Assembly (NCBI GenBank): GCA_951406725.2
Contig: OX597837.1
Location: 1-64,000 of the forward strand
Length of the DNA: 64,000 nt
From: Octopus vulgaris
Taxonomy: Eukaryota
Reading direction: 5' to 3'
Part shown: in pieces, positions 54,559-64,000 of the stretch
How positions within the stretch are numbered: position 1 is the first letter of the stretch
Layout: every line of letters starts with the position of its first letter
Position numbers and translations under genes: made by a program
The notes under the pieces: model-generated
What the model was told of the DNA's origin: nothing
Database searches by the model: none
Seen by the model: the letters and a program-made list of their open reading frames with translations, nothing else

Positions 54559-55376
54559 GGATCTTTTCCTTTTGAACGGCAGATGTCAACACAATTTCTA
54601 GTTAACTGAACACTTTTAAACTTCGTATACTGGTAGAATGTGTTTATAAAACATCATTTTCTCTTGGTTTTATTGAGAAAATTCTATAGTTTGTAAGATA
54701 TTTCGTCTGAAAATCCGAGCATTTCGGCAATTTTAACCAATACATTACCTCCATTTAGGTAAACAACATTTGCTGCGTCTAAAACCGAGACAAAATCCTG
54801 CAGCTAACCCTCCCCTCTCCCTAACCCTAATTTTTTTTTTCTTAATTGCTAAATTAATGTAATTGTTACGCGTGTAAAAATAACTAAAGCAATGGAAAAT
54901 AATTTAAAAAATTAACATACAAAATAATTCTATAATTTTATACACACGCTTTCCGTACGTATACGAAAGCGTGTGTTACGGAAAGCGTGTATATAAAATT
55001 ATAAAATTATTTTGTATGTTAATTTTTAAAATTATTTTCCATTGCTTTCGTTTTTTTTTTTTACACGCGTAACAATGAAATTAATTTAACAATTAAGAAA
55101 AAAAAATTTAGGGTTAGGGTTAGGGCTGGGGGGTGGGGTTAGGGTCAGTTACAGGATTTTGTCTCAGTTTTAGACGCAGCAAATGATTCTAGCTCAAAAG
55201 AAAGCATAGGATTGGTTAAAATTCGAAAAATTAAACTACGTTAAACAAACAAATTACAATTTTCTCAAGAAAGCCAAGAGAAAAAAAATGTTTTATTTTG
55301 ACACATTCTACCAGTATACGAAGTTTTAAAGTGTTTAGTTAACTAGAAATGTCTGCCGTTCAAAAGGAAAAGATCC
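54559..55376. mobile_element. Fold-back MITE, Merlin-like
   Basis: Near-complete 818-bp imperfect palindrome, termini GGATCTTTTCCTTTTGAACGGCAG, perfect 8-bp TSD TAATATTT. Confidence 0.85.
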
Positions 55377-55406
55377 TAATATTTTATTGCAATAATAATA
55401 ATAATG

Positions 55407-55448
<42 letters not shown>

Positions 55449-56079
55449 CAAACTGGGACAAGAACGCAAAACATTTAGAAGACGATACAAAAGACGGACG
55501 GGACATTCGAAGCCTTCAATCTTCAGTCAAGAACCGGATCATCCTCGCAATTTCGGCTGATTAATCTTGAGATTGCTCCAATCTGGCCAGCCTAAGGAAA
55601 AATTAAGCTAAGCGCATTAGATTCCTTGGAAGAAAGCTTCGAATGTATACAAAACAAGGACGGAAAAACGGACGATGTTACACGAATATGAATACAAAAA
55701 TAATACGTAAAAACAATAATAATAACAACAATAGCAGTACATCACAAACAGGCGTCTTTCAACTTAGACAAATTTAACTCAGCTGGAGTGTTAGGAATGT
55801 GCCTTGGGGCAGAGAAAAACAATGTTGATGTTACCACGACTGCTGCCAAAAGGCCAGTAGTCGGTCAGTCAGTCACGTGTGAAGAGAAGAGAGGGAAAGA
55901 GGGACAGAGGGATTAAGGAGGGGGAAAAGAGAGAGAGAAAAAGAGGAACAAGGAATTAAGGTGGACGGGAAGAGAGAGAAAAAGAAACAGGGACAAAGTG
56001 AAGTGCAAAGTAAGAAAGGCAAAGAAATGTAGGAGAGGGGGGAGAGACAGTGTTCTAGAGTCGTACCACGTTTAGAGAA

Positions 56080-56129
<50 letters not shown>

Positions 56130-56168
56130 ATAAAAATGGTAAGACAACAAAAGAATGAAAGAGACCTC

Positions 56169-56455
56169 GGATCTTTTCCTTTTGAACGGCACTTTTCAAC
56201 ACAATTTCTAGTTAACTAAACACTTTTAAACATCGTATACTGGTAGAATGTGTTTATAAAACATCATCTTTTCTTGGTTTTCTTGAGAAAATTCTATAGT
56301 TTGTAACATATTTCCACTATAAAATCGAGCATTTCGGCAATTTTAACCAATCAAATACGTCCATTTGGAGTCAAAACATACCGTGCTGTATGAATATGCC
56401 CCTCGTTTAAGAAACAGATTGGGTTTATTTACATTTGCGAAGAAAAAAAGATACC
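56169..56455 (+). mobile_element. Partial related MITE arm inserted into a Penelope pLTR fragment
   Basis: Same GGATCTTTTCCTTTTGAACGGCA terminus; preceded by GATAAAAATGGTAAGACAA..GAGACCTC as at 14160-14220. Confidence 0.75.
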
Positions 56456-56523
56456 CTTGTATGTGACAATTATATCATGGCTACCGAATAATTGTCACAT
56501 ATTACATTTATTATAATTGTCAC

Positions 56524-56585
<62 letters not shown>

Positions 56586-56589
56586 TACT

Positions 56590-57562
56590 ATTAAGAAAAA
56601 TCAAATTCGATTCAACGACTTTGTATAAAGCACCATACCGCCAAACATTTGATCATATAGAAATATTACCATGGTTCTTCAACATATAAAAATATACATA
56701 TACAAAAAAAAACCAGCAGGTAAAACTATATATGCGAATAAAAACACAAATATATCAAAGAGACAAATACAATCGACCAAAAATTCTAAAGCGTGTCATG
56801 GTACTAAAAATCCAAGTAAACTAAAATGAAATATCAATCGAATAAAAACATTCTTTTACTCACCTCACACAAAAGAGTACGTCCAAAAAGTTTAATTCAT
56901 AAATTTCATTGTAGGTCCAGAAGCAAAAACAGTTCCACAAAATCAAATCAAACATACCTATGGCCATTTCGAGTTCATTGCCGCAGTTCGATTACAGTTA
57001 AGGTGCATCTCGGCAATGACCCTCATCAGAAAATGAACAGGAAACTCAGACAAACCACCAAAAAGTTCATTCAATGCAGTATTGCTAATTTAAAGATGAT
57101 AATCCATCACAGGACCAGTCCAAATTTTCTAACACACGCAAAAGAAAACAAAAAAACAACAACAAAAAAAAACGAATTATTTAGTTGCCAAACATGCAGG
57201 TGGCTGTTGTTAATAGAAATTTTAACGATCCGTTTTCAAATCCCCGTAAAAAATAATAATATTCACCACATCTAATTTTACTTTTATACACTATCAGAAA
57301 AGTAGAAGAAAACTTATGGTTGCAAAACAGGATCACCTCTGTAAATTTATTTAAAGTTTTAGGCCCAAAAGACTTTAGGATGGCAAGAGATTCCCTTACA
57401 CATACACTTGTTAATATTAATCCTGAAATAAGGGGTCCTCGATATAACAGACCATTCAAGAGAATCACTTTCATTATTCCTCTTTGAACCATGTCTATAA
57501 GAGGCAAGTGTTGGAGAGTTACAATATTTTTCGTTTGAAAACGAATTTATGTGGGTCCTATA
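56590..57562 (-). mobile_element. Degenerate Penelope-like 3' fragment
   Basis: Minus-strand translation YRTHINSFSNEKY..TLASY..LEWSVI..KC..ESLAILK..TLNKFTE resembles the 16528 GIY-YIG C-terminus; hammerhead-like motif downstream. Confidence 0.65.
56953..57035 (-). ncRNA. Type I hammerhead-like motif
   Basis: CATTTT-CTGATGA-GGGTCATTGCCG...CGGCAATGAACTC-GAAA-TGGCCA-TA-GGTATG; 12-bp stem II, palindromic stem III. Confidence 0.72.
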
Positions 57563-57759
57563 CTCAGTTCAACAGCCTGCCCGTGAAAGTGGCTGAGTAC
57601 TCCACAAATATGTGTGTTTCTAAGTAAATTTTTTTGGAGAATAATTTCGCCAGCTGGGTGGATTGGAGCAACGTGAAGTTAAGTGTCTTGCTCAAGGACG
57701 CAACCCGCCGCCGGCAGCCGAATGCCCTAACCACTAAGACGGGCGCATTTACATATACA

Positions 57760-57797
<38 letters not shown>

Positions 57798-57963
57798 TAT
57801 GTATGTGTGTGTATGTATGTATGCATATATGTATGCATGTGTCTGTATGTATGTGTGTGTGTCTATGTATGTGTGTGTGTGTATGTATGCGTGTGTGCAT
57901 GTATGTGTGTGTTTCTGTATGTATGTATGCACACATACATGCATACATACATGCATACATACA

Positions 57964-58006
<43 letters not shown>

Positions 58007-58877
58007 TAATAAATAAAATATATGCATACATACAAACATATATGTACGTACCGACATCTACATGTATATATACATGCATATATTAAATATATATACGTAC
58101 AGGACATCACAGGAAGACGAACAAATCAACAGAACGAAAACGGAATAGACATTTTGTTACAACAGAAGGACAGAGACGTGGAACAGGATGAAACGAAAAC
58201 GAAAACGGGAAAAACAATTATGTGCAACAGAAAAACGAAGTACAGGACATGCTACACAAGGAAAAATCCCCTTCATCAGCTGTCGCTAGCAGACACGTGT
58301 TTTGAAGGCAGAGACAGAACACGTAAGGTCAAGCTAGGCCTTCCTACGAGAGAATTAAGATAAAATAAACTCGTAGAGGGGTAAACGAGCAAGAAAAAAT
58401 GTAACACATACATACATACATATATACATTTATATACACACGCATACATATGTACTTTTCACTTTGAGGTGGTTTTAGTCTCGAGCTGAGGAGACAATTC
58501 AAGGTATGTATGTATGCGTGTGTGTGTGTATGTATGTATGTGTGCGTGCGTATAAATTGTGTTTCACGGCATAAGGTTGTGGATTCGTTCCCTTCCTTGA
58601 GCAAGGCATTTCATTCTACATTTGCCGCACTCAACTCAGCTGAAATAAGTATCAGTCGAGTACTGGTGCTGCCTTGTCTCCCTCCACTTTACGAAATCAT
58701 AGATATTCCGGTGGAACACGGCTGAGGATGGTACGAATGTCTCTGGAAACTCTACAAACGCACCGAAAACAGTTTTTCTGAACGTGCCATTTCTTTGCTA
58801 TACATGACTAGGCATACACTCACACATTTACACACACAAACAAACGAACACACACACACACACACATATTTATATAT

Positions 58878-59500
58878 ACAAGGTGTGATGGGTAAATTGT
58901 CGCCATTTTATACTTTTAATTTCGCGCATGCACATTCTTTGCTTTTGATTTTGTCAACTACACAGTATAGTAGGTTCAGTTGGGTACTGTCTTTGAGAAA
59001 AACAGCACCATGACGCAATTTAACTCTGCCAGAAATTTGGAAACGACATGCTGTACTGCTTGGCATTCGCACCAGAAGGTCCAATATGAACATTTCAGAG
59101 TGTCTGAGTGTCAATCTGAGGAGATGTACTTAGAGTGATAGATATCAAACATCCAGTCAACATCATGGTGTTTGGAGTGATCACTAGTGATGGTGACGTT
59201 ATGCCTCCATTCATCTTTCCACACTGCCTCAGACTCAATACGGAGGCCTATATCAAGTGCCTGGAGGAGGTAGTGTTACCCTGGATCAAGAGGGTGGCTG
59301 CTGGAAGACCCTATATCTGGCAAAAGGACTCTGCACCATACTAAACAAGCAGGAGAACCCAGTTATAGTTGTCAGACAATTTCCGTGACCACATCACCCT
59401 TAACATCTGGAACCTAACTCATCAGACAGCCACCCTCTTGATTATTATGTGTGGGGCACAGTTGAGCGAGAGACCAACAAAACTTCCTACAACACCAAAG
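58878..59500 (+). mobile_element. Internally deleted Tc1/mariner-superfamily (DD37D/maT-like) transposon fragment
   Basis: TA|CAAGGTG start; KHPVNIMVFGVITSDG..PPFIF..LNTEAYIKCLEEVVLPW..WQKDSAP, then a degenerate [12 protein letters not shown]. Confidence 0.85.
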
Positions 59501-59505
59501 ATGTG

Positions 59506-59589
<84 letters not shown>

Positions 59590-59762
59590 TATATATACAC
59601 ATACATACATACATACATACATATACATATATATTTCATACATACATACATATATGCGAATAAATAGGAAACATATGTAGCCTGGATTTTACCTGTTCCA
59701 TCACCTACATATATATATATATATATAATTTATATACAGGCACACATACATGCATACATACA

Positions 59763-59824
<62 letters not shown>

Positions 59825-60189
59825 CATATATACATTTATATACACACGCATACATATGTACTTTTCACTTTGAGGTGGTTTTAGTCTCGAGCTGAGGAGA
59901 CAATTCAAGGTTGATTAAAAAAAGCGAAATATCTTTGCCGGAAAACAGCTTCTGTCATCTCTCCTCCCCCCCCATCCCTTCCCCTCTTCTTGAAGGACGA
60001 TATAAAGCTGTTTGCTGTTAACACTAAGTTTTTACTGAATTTCTTCGTGACGAGAATATTTTAGCAATCGCCATTATCGCCTATGGCCCAGGGTGTATAT
60101 TTTATACACGCTGGATTCAGTCTGTCTTTATTTTTACCTGGCGTCTTGTACACTTTTTGCTGTTTGTTTTCTTATTTTAGTACTCTGAC

Positions 60190-60223
<34 letters not shown>

Positions 60224-60476
60224 TGAATAAGAAAGCTGTCATTCAGTTTAGCTGTTGGGGACCTGTAACTTTGCAAAAACTCTAGATCTGTAAAGTGAAG
60301 CTGTACGTGTGTATGCATGTATGTTGGTTGGTTGTATGTATGTGCACACACACACACGCCGCACACACGCACACACACACACGCACACATGCACACACAT
60401 GCGCGCACACACACACACACACGCACACACGCACACACACATTCACGCGCGCACATACACACACGTACTTATACAT

Positions 60477-60524
60477 GTTACAGTCTGATGATAGCAAATA
60501 ATCCGAAACTTCGAAGTCAGTGAC
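60477..60524 (+). ncRNA. Hammerhead-like motif, same family as 21999
   Basis: ACAGT-CTGATGA-..CC-GAAA-CTTCGAAG-TC; stems I and II decayed. Confidence 0.55.
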
Positions 60525-60644
60525 AGCCTTTTCCCAGATATTTTATTCGTCTAAAAAGTTTTGAATTGCTCCTCCAATTTAATATTCAATATATTCGTAT
60601 ATTACTTTACATAAATATACATAAATATGTGTGTGTGTGTGTGT

Positions 60645-60687
<43 letters not shown>

Positions 60688-60839
60688 ATAGGAAATGCGG
60701 GTTCGAATCCCACAAGCAGTGTTTTTCACTCCAATCAAAAAATCACCTTCTCTCGAAAGTTTATGAAACTCTGATCAATCACTATATTATAATTCTGAAA
60801 TGCGAAAAGTTTGTCTAATTTTGGCATTGGAACGGGTTA

Positions 60840-62005
60840 AGGGGCACTAGATGGGGTCGGATTGGCTCCAAAATTTACAGAGACATGTAAAATGAGGTGA
60901 GGATGCGAGTGGGCTAGGTTAGAAATCCCTATATTGAAAGGTGTCGTTGCTAGGGCGAAAAACGCACACTTTGACAAGTCTCCTCTCATTCTTTTATCTG
61001 CCTGTCTTCCTCCATCTCTCTCTTTCCTCCCGTCCTTTCACTTTCTCTCTATAACGTCGTTTGATAGCGTCTACTATCTTTCCTCCGCCGCCTTCGCCAG
61101 CGCTGTCACGCTCTCTCTCTCTACGTCTCTCTCTCTTTCCCCTTTCCCTCTACTTTCTCTCTATAACGACGTTTGACACCCCCGCCGTCTCTCTTTCTTC
61201 TCCACCGCCTCTCTCAATGTATGTCTGTTTGTATCTATAAAGACGAAACGTGACTGCCGAAAAAGTTTAAATATTCCCACCACAGGTCTTTCAGAAAGGT
61301 GAATTATTATCTCTCACCACCACCGCACAATTATAACAGATATTATTTATTAGAAGATACGTTATTATTTTGCGTGGATAAAAGATTTGCTGTGCTAAGA
61401 AACATTATACCCTTTGTATGCTCAAAGCGACCGTCGTTAAGAAAAATTTGTCGGTAAATTTGAAAATTTTTCCAGTTTTGAAATATTTGCTTCTTAACTA
61501 TTTTATTCGTTTTCTCATTGTAAACCAAATCATCTTTAGGTTTCAAAATATTTTATTTTTCAGTCTTCTCTTTCATATATGACCTTTTCTTCCTCGATCT
61601 TTCTCTTTCCCCCTTCCCTCTACTTTCTCTCTATAACGACGTTTGACACCTCCGCCGTCTCTCTTCTCCACCGCCTCTCTCAATGTATGTCTCTTTGTAT
61701 CTATAAAAGACGAAACGTGACAGCCGCAATAGTTTAAATATTCCCACCACAGGTCTTTCAGAAAGGTGAATTATTATCTCCCACCACCACCTATAAATCT
61801 ATAACAGATATTATTTATCAGAAGATAGAGAGTAAGAGAACGCGAGGGAGAGTCCGTGAGAAAAGAAGAGTAAGAGAGTTGGAAAGTGAGAGAGAAAGGA
61901 GAGAGAAACAAAGAGGGAGAATGTGGTGATAAACAACAGAAAGGAAGCAACAGAAAGTAACAACCACACTCTTACCCGCGCGTAGAGCGGATCACCGAAA
62001 GCTAG
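60840..62005 (+). mobile_element. Non-autonomous Helitron-like element with internal ~220-bp direct repeat
   Basis: 3' hairpin ACCCGCGCGTAGAGCGGAT then CTAG|T at 62002-62006; 61130-61350 repeated at 61600-61828; 5' end uncertain. Confidence 0.6.
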
Positions 62006-62058
62006 TATATATATAAAACGATATGTTTATCTATAAATGAAACGATATATATATAGAG

Positions 62059-62360
62059 AGAGTAAAATCTATTTGCCAACGCAAAGTGGCAGTCCTGATT
62101 AGAACGATGTTACTACTTTTTTTAGCCCCAGGAAAAAATCTTTTCCAGCTGGCTATCGACGCATAACTTCGTCCTTATACTACGAACAAGGGAGCTAATG
62201 TCTCCACTCAGCCTTAAACGGTACCTGCGAACCAATGGTTTCTGGACGCAGCTGTGCGTCGATAGCCAGCTGGAAAAGGTGTTTTTCTGGGACTAAAAAT
62301 GGTAGTAACATCGTCCTAATCAGGACTGCCACTTTACGTTGGCAAATAGACATTACTCTG
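62059..62360. mobile_element. Fold-back element with ~105-bp inverted arms
   Basis: 62059-62163 is the approximate reverse complement of 62255-62359. Confidence 0.8.
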
Positions 62361-62419
62361 TAGCACTGTTACTACTTATCTCTCGCTCAGAGATTTAAAA
62401 CTAATCGTTTTCCTCTTCA

Positions 62420-62486
<67 letters not shown>

Positions 62487-63060
62487 GTAGTTGTTGTTGT
62501 TATTGTTTGAATGATCAATGACATTCCAGTGGCGACCACTTCAACATTCAAAGCGTCCTTTTCGAAGGAGATGTGGTTCTTATTTCTTGGAGGCCTAGTG
62601 GCCACGTAAGCGGCTTCCTCATTGACCTGACCAATTTCTGTTGCAGTCAATGGCAGTGGATCGTCAAATGTATGGTGCGACGGACAAAATGGCCTACGTT
62701 TTTTTAGTTTACGTTCCATTTACGTTCCGAGATTGACTACCTTCGAGGTTGACATTAATCATTCTGGGACCATCACGATCGACTAAATCCCAAATTTGTG
62801 ACCCCGAATCCATGCTGGGTCCTGTTAAAATCCCCGACAATATTAGTCTTTCATCCTTTCGGGGTCGATAACTTAAGTACCAGTTGCGTACTGAGATTGA
62901 TCTACACGACTGGCCTCCTCCCCCCAAATTTAGGGCATTGTACCTAGAGTAGAAAAGAATATTAGTAAAATAATAAATAATGAGGGCCTAGAGTTTGTTA
63001 GGTTATAGATAGGGAAAGTGAAGCAACCTTCAAATATTTCAAGTAGCGAACGGTTTAAAC

Positions 63061-63631
63061 CAATGTTTTTCAACCCCACCTTTTTTTTTTTTACATATGG
63101 ACTCCTTCAGTTCCTGTTTTGCTCAGATGGACCCTCAAAGCCATTCGATGTATAACAAAGTCACATATCTCTATAATTAAATATAATTAGGAAGTGTATA
63201 AAAAACTATTGCTTATGGCTATATTAATGTGGCTGTCCTCTAAGAGATGACGATATTGTTACTTCACCGCAGGAAAATATCTCTTCCAGCTGGTTTATTT
63301 ATTGCAAGTGGGAGATAACTCGAGCCACCCTAGTTCTGTGCGAAAAACACACTGAATAAACCAGCTGGAGGAGATATCTTCCTGGGGTTAAATGGCAGTA
63401 TCGTCATCTCTTAGAGGATAGCCACATTAAAGTGTCCATAAGCAATACTTTTTTTTTGCTTCGTGCACAGCTTCTATCTCGAACAGAGATTTTCTAACGG
63501 ACTAGTTTCCGAGTTATAAAAAACTAAAAATATTTTGTATGTTGTTTAACCGACTTATTGCAGATAACTTTTAACAACGAACCCTTACATGGAACCTGAA
63601 GGGCCATATGGACCCCGGTAGAGACTCACTG
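63061..63631. mobile_element. hAT-like MITE containing a nested fold-back element (63207-63447)
   Basis: CAATGTTTTTCAACC...GGTAGAGACTCACTG termini, degenerate 8-bp TSD GTTTAAAC/GCTTAAAG, ATGGACCC subterminal repeats. Confidence 0.65.
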
Positions 63632-64000
63632 GCTTAAAGGAATCTAAGTTTGCGTATATTCAGCCATGTTCGCTGTAAGGGCAGTAACGGTTCAGTTCTG
63701 ATGATTTCATGTCTTTGTGCTTGAAATATATAAAAGGTTACTCAACTTTCTCTTTTTGCGTTGTAAGAAGCTCTGCATCTTTATTGTTTGTTAATTTACT
63801 TCGGTATCACAATGCTTCAAAGAAACTACAACGCTCTTCTGCCAACAATATTCATTGTAGCCTCTCCGCCATTTTAACAACACGTCTCGATTATTATTAC
63901 GACAATTCCGCTTCTCTCCCAACTACCTCGTATTAAACATTATTAACACCGATACGTGTTACATTCCTGCCTCCCCCCACCGCTCTCATCTCGTCTCCAC

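Noticed and set aside
55108-55145. Telomere or fusion scar
   Set aside because: Only 3-4 TTAGGG units, lying inside a MITE arm

Overview
Repeat-saturated, AT-rich, apparently intergenic or intronic eukaryotic DNA. The SINE families and extreme (TA)n/(CA)n/(TAA)n load suggest an octopus or other coleoid cephalopod (inference, not searched). No host gene is recognisable, and most ORFs in the supplied track are microsatellite artefacts. Contents: two near-full-length CR1-group LINEs (5.7-10.5 kb and 22.4-27.2 kb, minus strand), a Dong/R4 LINE in (TAA)n, RTE, CR1, R4 and DD37D-type remnants, Penelope-like GIY-YIG fragments, non-autonomous Helitrons, Merlin-like and hAT-like MITEs, and many SINEs. 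Most notable: (1) both CR1-group LINEs have an unusual ORF1 (trihelix Myb/SANT-like domain plus CCCH zinc fingers) and a conserved U-rich heptamer exactly where the ORF2 frame opens in -1, suggesting programmed ribosomal frameshifting. (2) The window holds more than ten hammerhead-ribozyme-like motifs from several families, including a palindromic head-to-head pair encoded on both strands. (3) Two SINE-LINE 3'-tail partnerships and a TSD-flanked ORF1-only element are visible. All folds and domain calls were made by eye.
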